Positions 44,807 through 52,677 of a stretch of DNA of 64,000 nucleotides are shown here, in pieces. The stretch lies in IMG/VR virus record IMGVR_UViG_3300036971_000130; one strand, written 5' to 3'. A program made the translations under genes and the position numbers. The notes beneath the pieces are model-generated. The model made no database searches, was not told where the DNA came from, and was given only the letters and a program-made list of their open reading frames with translations. Origin of the DNA: a virus (Duplodnaviria; Caudoviricetes). How positions within the stretch are numbered: the stretch's first letter is position 1; each line of letters opens with the position of its first letter.

Positions 44807-46362
44807 CGCCGGTACCCGAGGATGTTCTCCAAGGCGATCGCACGACCTTCGGCGTTGGCGTCGTAGGTCTGGCTGCTTCGGTCCACGTCGTAGCCAGGCC
44901 GGATCGGGTTGTAGAGCAGGTCGCTCGGTTCCCTCTTGTCAGCGATCGCTTCAGCGGCGCTGACGTACCCGGCGACGTAGGCGGAGAGTTCAGATCCGGT
45001 CTTGTCGGTCGGCGGGATCGTGGTGCCTGCGAGAGCAGGGTGCGTCGAATGGGTCTCGGCCTTCCACCTGTCCGGGTGGTTGGTGGCGAGCGCCACGGGG
45101 CCAGAGGGTCGGGTGTACGGCTTGTTGGCTGTCCGGGCCTGGTGTGATCCGGCGATCGCCCTCGTCATCTGATCGACCGCTTCGACCGTCTTGCGTCGAG
45201 GGTTGTACGGGGACAGTGTCCTGACCGAAGCCGAGATCCTCTTGTTCGTGTCGAGCAGGACATCGAAAGCTTCGTCGTAGCTGCTCGTGGCGAGAGCCGG
45301 GTCCCTGATGATCTCGTCAGCGAAGCCGCCGAATCCCGCTCCCCACTTCCGGATGGTCCTGTGGGGGATGCCGGTCTCGCCGTGGATGTGGGCGACATCC
45401 TCGGGGCTGAGAGGGGTGCCGAGGTAGTAGCTCCCGTCCGAGAACGAACGCCCCTCCACGATGGTCGACCCGTACACGCCTTCGGGGGCGTGGTCAGCGA
45501 ACAGGACGGCGATGGCCGTTCGACGACTCAGGTACACGGTGAGGTTGGGGTCCGACTCGGTCTCGAAGGTCTCGGAGGAAACGAGGCCACGGAGACCAGC
45601 GTCCGAGATGAGAGGTGGCACGGTGTCGAAGTGGTCTTCCAGGAGAGCGATGCGCTGGTTCCGACCGACGAGGTGTACCCTTTCCAGAATGCTGCCAGGC
45701 ATCGGCGTTCCCGTGCCTTCCCTGCTGATCGCTCTGACGAGATCCGATGCGACATCGTCGTTCGGTGAGATGCCGTACTCCCTGGCCTGGTCAGCGAGAC
45801 GGGGGTTCGCCCCGAGTTCCTTCCAGCGAAGCGCCTCACCCAGTGGGTACCCGGAGTCGGTCCACTTCCGTTCCTCGGTGACCGGAATCCCGGCCATGAG
45901 CCATTCGAGGGACCGGTCGCATTCGGACGTGATGAGTTCGCTGTCACGCCACCCGTCGGGGAACACCGCTTCCTCGTAGGAGATGAGCAGGTCGTCCTCC
46001 CCCATCAGGCCATCCTCGGTCGAGTAGCCAGACCAGACGACCTGACCGTCGGCATCGAGAACGTAGGCCAGGTGGTCCGCTCCGTCGGGAACGTGATCGC
46101 CGTAGTCGAATGGCCTCGTCGAGATCGTGAGGGACGAGACCCAAACCGCTTCCTCCGGGTCGAAGTGGGACGGCGAGACCAGGTCGTAGACGTTGGCCTC
46201 GGTGTCGGAGTCGAAGACCGCCCCATCGAGTTCGTTCAGCCGCTCATCACGGATGGTCGAAACAGACGAGAGGTCGATGTCCGCCCCGAAGTTGTGGACG
46301 AAGCTGGTCCACCTGCCGAGACGATCACGGGGGCCGGAGCCAGGGGGCATTGTTGAGGTCAT
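44803..46362 (-). CDS. Hypothetical protein with N-terminal tag
   Basis: Leaderless CCAATAGTT-N5-ATG; PRDRLGRWTSFVHNFGADIDL. Confidence 0.75.
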   Translation of the reverse strand: MTSTMPPGSGPRDRLGRWTSFVHNFGADIDLSSVSTIRDERLNELDGAVFDSDTEANVYDLVSPSHFDPEEAVWVSSLTISTRPFDYGDHVPDGADHLAYVLDADGQVVWSGYSTEDGLMGEDDLLISYEEAVFPDGWRDSELITSECDRSLEWLMAGIPVTEERKWTDSGYPLGEALRWKELGANPRLADQAREYGISPNDDVASDLVRAISREGTGTPMPGSILERVHLVGRNQRIALLEDHFDTVPPLISDAGLRGLVSSETFETESDPNLTVYLSRRTAIAVLFADHAPEGVYGSTIVEGRSFSDGSYYLGTPLSPEDVAHIHGETGIPHRTIRKWGAGFGGFADEIIRDPALATSSYDEAFDVLLDTNKRISASVRTLSPYNPRRKTVEAVDQMTRAIAGSHQARTANKPYTRPSGPVALATNHPDRWKAETHSTHPALAGTTIPPTDKTGSELSAYVAGYVSAAEAIADKREPSDLLYNPIRPGYDVDRSSQTYDANAEGRAIALENILGYRR

Positions 46363-46367
46363 GCTCT

Positions 46368-46376
46368 AACTATTGG
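46368..46376 (-). promoter_or_regulatory. CCAATAGTT leaderless promoter motif (copy 3)
   Basis: Exact 9-mer 5 nt before ATG; overlaps the upstream stop codon. Confidence 0.65.
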
Positions 46377-46540
46377 CGGGGAGCGTACCGATTTGCGTGC
46401 AGGTCGAACTGGGCCTGCACGTCGGTCGCTGCCTTGGCGTGGATGTCCCATCGTCCGCAGGTACACTCCCCGTAGGTGGCCCCTGCCCGCTGCTTCAGGT
46501 TGTGCTCGACCGGCTTCTTGGCTGTGGTGGCTGTCGTCAT
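46370..46540 (-). CDS. 56-aa zinc-binding protein (not in the ORF track)
   Basis: MTTATTAKKPVEHNLKQRAGATYGECTCGRWDIH..FDLH; purine-rich RBS; fills the intergenic gap. Confidence 0.6.
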   Translation of the reverse strand: MTTATTAKKPVEHNLKQRAGATYGECTCGRWDIHAKAATDVQAQFDLHANRYAPRQ

Positions 46541-46553
46541 CTCTCCGTCTTTC

Positions 46554-47396
46554 CTAGGCCACGTCGATGTCGAGGTGGTCTTGGATGACCTCGATGGCGT
46601 GGGCTTTCAGGATGCGGATGATATTACGGCACCGTGACACTGAGATGCCAGAGTCTCGTGCGATCGTGGTCACATTGAAGACCGCTGGGGCGTTGGGGTC
46701 CATGCACGGATGCAGGTACATCTCCGCCACCCGGCCGTGGTCGTCGCTGATCGAGTAGGCGTAGTCGATCAGCGTTCGGGCGAACCCGGCAACCTCGGAA
46801 GCAGCAAGGCTTCCCTGACCGGGGAGCGTGAGTTCCTCGATGTCGTGGTTCTGACGCATCACGTCGAAGTCGTTGTGCTCACCGACGAGGATCGGACGGA
46901 TCTGGATGCGATCGCTCTCGGTGACCCTTCCGACCTTCGTCGGATTCCCGAACCTTGCGTTGATGTCGTTCTGGGCAGCCTCGATGACTTCTTCGGTCGT
47001 CGGGAGGGTGCCGTTCATCGCCGTGAGAGCTTCTTCTGCCTTCAGGGTGATGCGCCAACGGTCGACCTGGCCTCGTGATCCGGAGACGCCGGTCGACGAG
47101 ACGGACTGTGAGAAGTCCCGCATCGGGGCGACCGACTCACGCCGGAGGATCTGAAGGAAGTCGTACCCTGCCAGGTTCGGTCGGTTCAGGATGGTGTCCG
47201 CCTGCATGGCGACGATCTGCACGTAGTCGTCGATGTCCCGGTTCTCCTGGATGCCCCGGTACAGGAAGGTGCCAGCAATGGCCCGGTAGTTCGGCATGGC
47301 ATCCCGATGGAAGGCGTTGATGGCTCTGGTCCGACTGCGACCTTCGCTCATCCCCATGATCTCCAACGCTCGGTCGGTCATCTGGCTCATCTTCAT
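46554..47396 (-). CDS. Divergent sigma70-family (FliA/WhiG-like) factor
   Basis: DIDDYVQIVA (region 2), LTAMNGTLPTTEEVIEA (region 3), VTTIARDSGISVSRCRNII (region 4 HTH). Confidence 0.65.
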   Translation of the reverse strand: MKMSQMTDRALEIMGMSEGRSRTRAINAFHRDAMPNYRAIAGTFLYRGIQENRDIDDYVQIVAMQADTILNRPNLAGYDFLQILRRESVAPMRDFSQSVSSTGVSGSRGQVDRWRITLKAEEALTAMNGTLPTTEEVIEAAQNDINARFGNPTKVGRVTESDRIQIRPILVGEHNDFDVMRQNHDIEELTLPGQGSLAASEVAGFARTLIDYAYSISDDHGRVAEMYLHPCMDPNAPAVFNVTTIARDSGISVSRCRNIIRILKAHAIEVIQDHLDIDVA

Positions 47397-47785
47397 CGGG
47401 TGCGCTCCCTCATCGGGGTGAACGGGAAGCCCGCCCAGAGTTGCTTTGGCGTTGTGGCTTCCACGTAAGCGTTGATCCTCGAACCTTGGGAACGGACATC
47501 GACCAGCCAGCCTACCGTGAGAACGTCCTTGGTTCGGATACCAAGGATTCGACGCATGATGGTGATGGTCTTTCTGGCCCCCGAGATTGTAGACCCTGGC
47601 GGAGCGGTGAGCACCTGTTCGAGCGGCATCTTCCAGAGGTCACGTCCGTCAGGCGTCTGAGCGTGCAGGATCAGGTCGTCGACCGTGAGGATTCCCTCCC
47701 GGATCGACAGCAGCCAGTCTCCCCGCTTCTCGTAGATGCGGAGGCGAGCTTCGTTGAGCTTCTCGACCGAGTTCTCCGGCCGCAT
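47393..47785 (-). CDS. mIHF-like (H2TH) nucleoid-associated protein
   Basis: KLNEAR..R..L..G.LTVDDLI..WKMPLEQVLTAPPG..ARK.. parallels actinobacterial IHF (KMKVSALLESLPGVG..A). Confidence 0.55.
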   Translation of the reverse strand: MRPENSVEKLNEARLRIYEKRGDWLLSIREGILTVDDLILHAQTPDGRDLWKMPLEQVLTAPPGSTISGARKTITIMRRILGIRTKDVLTVGWLVDVRSQGSRINAYVEATTPKQLWAGFPFTPMRERTR

Positions 47786-47791
47786 GCAGGT

Positions 47792-48619
47792 CTACGTCCT
47801 CGCTGTGACGGGCTTGTAGGCGAGGGAGCGGAACACCGTCTCCAACGTCACATGACGATCCGGGAAGTGCTCGTTGTAGATGCGCCAGACCGACTCGACA
47901 TCCATCCCATCGGCGTGCTCCTTGGCGAAGGACCGGATCTCAGCACCACGACGGGTGTCGTTGGTGACCGACCTGATCGCTTGACGGCAGACGTTCTCGA
48001 TCCTGAGAGCGATGATCCGATGTGGCTCCTGCTCAGAGCCGAAGTCTTCCTCGGTCACGCCGGTGATGATCTTCTCGATCGGGGACTGACCAGAGATGGT
48101 TTTGCCTCCGAAGTCGACGACCGAGGAAGCGAGATCCGCCACCGTGCTGTCGGTGTTCAGGGCGATCAGACGCTCACGAACCTGATCCGAGATGACCTCT
48201 CGCAGTTCCCAGTTGGCGTCCTTGGTTCCACGAGCGAGATCCCAGATCTCAGGCCGTGGCACTCGTCCGATGGTCTGCATCCCGTCGATGTCCACGGAGT
48301 AGGCCCACCGGGTTCCTCCGGGAGCGTAGAAGTCGACCATGGATGTGCCGCTGCGCCCGTCGGAGGTCGTCCATTCGAGCATGGTGCCGTCGGGGATGTA
48401 GGCGAACGGCCCGACGCCTCCCCAGTTGACCTTCACCCGGCGACGCTTGCCCTTGGGTGTGGTCGTCGTGACCCAGATGGGCAGGACCACGGGGATGCCT
48501 TCGTGCTGTGGAGTGGGGGTCTTCGAGTAGGCGATGTGCCAGAGGTAGTTCGAGACCGCCCAGTTCATCCGCTCGACACGTTCGAGGGGGACCATGTGGT
48601 TAGGCAGCATCTTCTTCAC
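47792..48619 (-). CDS. Hypothetical protein
   Basis: GC3-biased ORF inside the operon. Confidence 0.7.
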   Translation of the reverse strand: MKKMLPNHMVPLERVERMNWAVSNYLWHIAYSKTPTPQHEGIPVVLPIWVTTTTPKGKRRRVKVNWGGVGPFAYIPDGTMLEWTTSDGRSGTSMVDFYAPGGTRWAYSVDIDGMQTIGRVPRPEIWDLARGTKDANWELREVISDQVRERLIALNTDSTVADLASSVVDFGGKTISGQSPIEKIITGVTEEDFGSEQEPHRIIALRIENVCRQAIRSVTNDTRRGAEIRSFAKEHADGMDVESVWRIYNEHFPDRHVTLETVFRSLAYKPVTART

Positions 48620-49457
48620 CTCTGGCCTTCACGGCGACCATGATCATTGCGATGCATGCGATTGGGACGATCACGAGAATGATGTACTTCAGGACGAGGA
48701 ACAGGGCGGAGATTCCAACGAGGAAGCTCGGAGTCGGGTTCTCCTGCGACCGGACGGTGGTCCAGGCGTAGAGCCCGACGATGATGGCGATGACACACCC
48801 GACGAAGACCGGGATGCTGAGTCCACCGGGGAGGAACGTGGAGACGAGGAAGGCGATCGCTCCGGCGGAGACGGGGATCACTGCGGACGCCGGTGACTGC
48901 CAGAGCGATCCGTCCGACTTCGAGACCTGCCTGGTTCCCGACGTGGTCGAGAATCTCTCCGAGAGCGTCGAGATCGCAGCCTTGACCTTGACGAGCAGGT
49001 CGCTCTCGCCCCGCTCTGGCTTGGTCTTCTCGGGCCTGCCGACCGTCTCGGACTTCGGCTCCCTCTCCCTCTCCCGCTTCAGCTTCGACACATCGAACAG
49101 GTCGGTGAACATGTCCGATGTGGGTGCGCCGATGTCCTCAGCACCACCACTCTCGAACCAGCCTTCGTCGAGGTCCGCTGCGATCCTTGACGGAATCCAG
49201 CTTTCGCCAGTCCCCGGATCACGCCAGCCAGCGAAGGCGGTGTCAGGCACCGGGTCCGTGACGAGCGTCGGAGTCGGCTGCTCCTGTTCGCTCGTGATCG
49301 CCCGGTAAGCGTCGTCGACTTCGAGGTACTTGGCGAGATCACCGGTTTCTGAACGGTCGGGGTGGTAGCGGAAAACTGCGCTTCGCCAGGCTGCCCGGAC
49401 GACTGCTGGGCTAGCTCCACGCTCGATCCCGAGCACCGACCAAGGGTCGACGCTCAT
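48600..49457 (-). CDS. J-domain membrane protein
   Basis: DPWSVLGI..RYHPDR..AY; C-terminal TMs. Confidence 0.85.
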   Translation of the reverse strand: MSVDPWSVLGIERGASPAVVRAAWRSAVFRYHPDRSETGDLAKYLEVDDAYRAITSEQEQPTPTLVTDPVPDTAFAGWRDPGTGESWIPSRIAADLDEGWFESGGAEDIGAPTSDMFTDLFDVSKLKREREREPKSETVGRPEKTKPERGESDLLVKVKAAISTLSERFSTTSGTRQVSKSDGSLWQSPASAVIPVSAGAIAFLVSTFLPGGLSIPVFVGCVIAIIVGLYAWTTVRSQENPTPSFLVGISALFLVLKYIILVIVPIACIAMIMVAVKARGEEDAA

Positions 49458-49460
49458 GGA

Positions 49461-51362
49461 TCATCCTCGCTTCTTGAACAGCGACGAGAGGATGCCGGTC
49501 TTCTTCTCGGAGATCGGCTCCGGCTCGAAGTCGGGGTCCCCGGTGACCATGAGAACCACCTTGTCGATCGCCGCCGAGAAGTCGGGGTGACCGGAGACCA
49601 GGTGGCCGGTGTTGGTCAGGAGGATCACGTCCTCCTGCTGCTTGATGATCCCGACGATGTTGATGCCGGGCGAGAAGTTGCGCTCGACCAGAGCGAGATC
49701 GAGGTCGTTCGGGACACGGTTCAGGAGCAGGAAGATCCGGTTCGGGTCGATCCCGTCCTGATGGATCAGCTTGTCGACGAGCCAGCGGTTGTTCGTGATG
49801 CCCTCACGGTCGGCGTCGGAGACGACGAAGACCCATCCTCCGCCGGAACGAACGGTCGGGATGGCGATGTAGTCGACCATGCCTCGGGCGTCGGTGGCTT
49901 CGACCGTCTGGGTGTCGAACACGACCAGGTCCACCTGGCTACGGATGGCGTCGAGCACCCGCTGGTAGTCGTCGATGCTGACCTGGCTGACGTTGTCCTT
50001 GTCCGGACCGAAGACCGTGGCGAACCTGATCGGCTCACGGATGCCAGCGTTCGCACGAGCGTTCGAGAGGGTCTCACCGGTCGTGACCGCACGAGCGAGG
50101 GAACCCTCGGCACGGGCGTGGTAGATCGACCTCGGGGACGAGACCCGAAGCTTGCCCTGCACGTCGGCCTGGCCGATGTTGCCGTCGATGAGGACGACCT
50201 TCATCGGGTCTTCCGGGGAGAGGGCGTAGGAGCGGTTGGCTGCCCGGTCGGCCGTGGTGATGGAGACCGTGGTCTTGCCGACACCACCCTTGCCCGACAT
50301 CACGAAGATCACGGGAGCGGTCTTCTGACCGAAGATCCGGGAAGGGGAAGCCTTCGGGGTGGTACCGAACCCGTTGCCGACCGCCTGAGCTTCGCTGAAC
50401 ATGTCCGGCTCCGGCGGGGCAGGAGCAGGTTGGTAGACGGCTTCGGGAGTCGCCGTGGTGCCGAAGATCGACGGTTCCGGGGGAGGTGCAGGAGCGGGAG
50501 GCTGGAACCTCGACGGCTCGGGCTGCGGGGCGGGAACCTCAACCTGGCGGGCGAAGGGATCGTCAACAGCCGGAGCCGGTGGCTGGTACACCGGCTCCGG
50601 CTGGTACGCAACGGGAGCCTGATGCTGGGCAGGCTCCGGCTGGTACTGGGCTGGCGCTGTGAACGGGTCATCAGCGGGCGGAGGGGTCACGGTCTCGAAC
50701 GGGTCGACGTAGGAGGTCTGAACCGGAGGGGCCGGAGTCGGCATGACCGCCGGGGTGGCGAACGGATCGTCGGGGAGTTCCTGCTGGACCGGAACGGGGG
50801 CGCTCGGCTGCATCGTCTCGAACGGGTTGTCGTCGGCGGGCTCGGGGGTGATCGACGCCGGAGGCATCGACTCGAACGGATCTTCGACGGGGACCGGGGT
50901 TGGGGCAGGGGCCGGGGCCGGGTCGACGAAGGACATCCAGTCGTCCTCTGCCGGGACGGGTTCGGGTTCCGGTTCGACATGGACGGGGGCGGGAACGGAG
51001 CCGTCGCCGTGGAAGATGGCGTCGCCATCGGGGCTGCTGATCTCGCTGATCCCGAGTCCGAGCAGGATGGCGTTCACGGTGAGTCCGGACGGGACCTTCC
51101 GGAACTGCTCGGGCGATTCGTCACCGATCACGTTCACCGAAGTGGCGAGTTGAGACATGGCGGTGAGCCATGCGGTCAAGCCGGGCTGGTGCGAGAACAA
51201 GGCGATGATGTGGATGGGTTCCCCGGCTGCCTTCGCAGCGTCCACCTCGTTCTTGATCAACATGGCGTTCTGGCGGAACTCCCCTCCACCGACAACGGTG
51301 ATCCCGTTGCGGGAGAAGATTTCTGCGAGTTCTGGGAGGTCAATCAGACCGACGGAGGTCAC
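49461..51362 (-). CDS. MinD/ParA/CpaE-family ATPase with Pro-rich linker
   Basis: SGKGGVGKTT, VLIDGN, VVFDT, LLNRVP; amphipathic tail GILSSLFKK. Confidence 0.85.
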   Translation of the reverse strand: MTSVGLIDLPELAEIFSRNGITVVGGGEFRQNAMLIKNEVDAAKAAGEPIHIIALFSHQPGLTAWLTAMSQLATSVNVIGDESPEQFRKVPSGLTVNAILLGLGISEISSPDGDAIFHGDGSVPAPVHVEPEPEPVPAEDDWMSFVDPAPAPAPTPVPVEDPFESMPPASITPEPADDNPFETMQPSAPVPVQQELPDDPFATPAVMPTPAPPVQTSYVDPFETVTPPPADDPFTAPAQYQPEPAQHQAPVAYQPEPVYQPPAPAVDDPFARQVEVPAPQPEPSRFQPPAPAPPPEPSIFGTTATPEAVYQPAPAPPEPDMFSEAQAVGNGFGTTPKASPSRIFGQKTAPVIFVMSGKGGVGKTTVSITTADRAANRSYALSPEDPMKVVLIDGNIGQADVQGKLRVSSPRSIYHARAEGSLARAVTTGETLSNARANAGIREPIRFATVFGPDKDNVSQVSIDDYQRVLDAIRSQVDLVVFDTQTVEATDARGMVDYIAIPTVRSGGGWVFVVSDADREGITNNRWLVDKLIHQDGIDPNRIFLLLNRVPNDLDLALVERNFSPGINIVGIIKQQEDVILLTNTGHLVSGHPDFSAAIDKVVLMVTGDPDFEPEPISEKKTGILSSLFKKRG

Positions 51363-51405
51363 GTTCCAGGCTCCTTGCTTGGCGTCTGGATGGTATCTCT
51401 ACACA

Positions 51406-51443
51406 AAGAACCCCCAGCCATGGTGAAATAGCTGGGGGTTCTT
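51406..51443 (-). terminator. Hairpin with CCATGGTGAAATAG in its loop
   Basis: AAGAACCCCCAGC..GCTGGGGGTTCTT. Confidence 0.65.
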
Positions 51444-51482
51444 CAGAAGGGCAGAGTCACCGCACTGCGGCGATGGGTGCTG

Positions 51483-52097
51483 CTACGGGCGCTCGTACAT
51501 CGGAGCGTACGTCGGGTTGTCGGCGTCGTAGTCCGACGCACGGAACTGCGGGACGATGGCCCGGAGGACTCGGGCGCTGTGGCCCTGCGTGCCGGGGATC
51601 GACTCGTGAGCGACCACGAACGAGCACTTCCAGCCCTTGTGCTGCTGTGCGATCTGGGCGAGGTGACGCCCGTAGGGGGTGTTCAGGAAGTCCGTGCGAG
51701 CGAACTCCTTCTCGAAGGTCGCCCCGTCGGAACCAGGGGTCCCCTTCCAGCTTCCCATCGAGACCATCGCACGGGCCGAGGTCTTGCTCACTCCCTCCCT
51801 CGGCTCGATCTTCTTGACCCCGAGCAGGGTGCCGTAGAAGATCGAGATGTTCGGGTCACCGAAGGCGTCGATGACCTGCCCGATCGGGCCACGGGGGTCC
51901 CGAACCAGGAGAAGGGTCTCGGCCAAGGTCTGGGCGACCTGGACGGTGCGATCTTCCTCGATCACGTTCTTCTTCTCGCCTTCGCCGGAGGTCTGGAACG
52001 ACTCCGGGTCGAGGGATGCGAGGATGTTGCTCACCACGGCGAGCCGCTCTCCCTGGTCGAGAATCAGGGGGTTCTTGTTCTTGGGTCCGTCAGCCAT
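51483..52097 (-). CDS. Hypothetical protein (start MADGPK)
   Basis: AAAGGA RBS before ATG 52097. Confidence 0.7.
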   Translation of the reverse strand: MADGPKNKNPLILDQGERLAVVSNILASLDPESFQTSGEGEKKNVIEEDRTVQVAQTLAETLLLVRDPRGPIGQVIDAFGDPNISIFYGTLLGVKKIEPREGVSKTSARAMVSMGSWKGTPGSDGATFEKEFARTDFLNTPYGRHLAQIAQQHKGWKCSFVVAHESIPGTQGHSARVLRAIVPQFRASDYDADNPTYAPMYERP

Positions 52098-52125
52098 GAC
52101 AGTTGTCCTTTGTGGGTTGTGACGC

Positions 52126-52677
52126 TCAGGCGTCGGCGATCTTCCACAGCGGGTAGGCGGGGGCCTTCTTCGCTGCGGCAGCCTTCTTGGCGACAGCCCC
52201 ACGAGGGGCAGCCTTCGGCTGGTTCTTGGTGCCGTGATCGACGAGGGTTGCGATGGCGGCGTCGAGGTCGAAGCCTTCCTCGTTCTCGGCAAGGGAGAGG
52301 GCGGAACGGGTCATGCGGGTGACCACGTTGACGGCCTGATTGTACCAGGCCCGCCACTCGTCGGCGGAGGTGCTGCCGATCGGCGGCTTGCGCTGATCGC
52401 AGAAGGCGAAGTAGAAGCCACGGATTCGAACGTGGCTGCCGTGCTGGCGATCCGTTGCACCGAACACCTTGTTCTGCACGGTGTCGCAGATCGACAGGGC
52501 GAGCATCGCGATGGAGTCCATCGCCGGTGACGTGACCGGGAACTCCGAAGCGTCGATGATCTGGAATGCGTGCGACACACCGGACGCCGATGCGGTCATG
52601 GCGTAGGAGTTCGGGTTGATCTCCCGGCCACCGTTCGGGAGGTTGATCCACTTCTCCCAGGGCTTGCTTTCGGACAT
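52126..52677 (-). CDS. Hypothetical protein with its own start inside the 552-aa ORF
   Basis: AAAGAGGA RBS + ATG (MSESKPW) and a TGTCAG-N10-CATACT promoter upstream. Confidence 0.6.
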   Translation of the reverse strand: MSESKPWEKWINLPNGGREINPNSYAMTASASGVSHAFQIIDASEFPVTSPAMDSIAMLALSICDTVQNKVFGATDRQHGSHVRIRGFYFAFCDQRKPPIGSTSADEWRAWYNQAVNVVTRMTRSALSLAENEEGFDLDAAIATLVDHGTKNQPKAAPRGAVAKKAAAAKKAPAYPLWKIADA

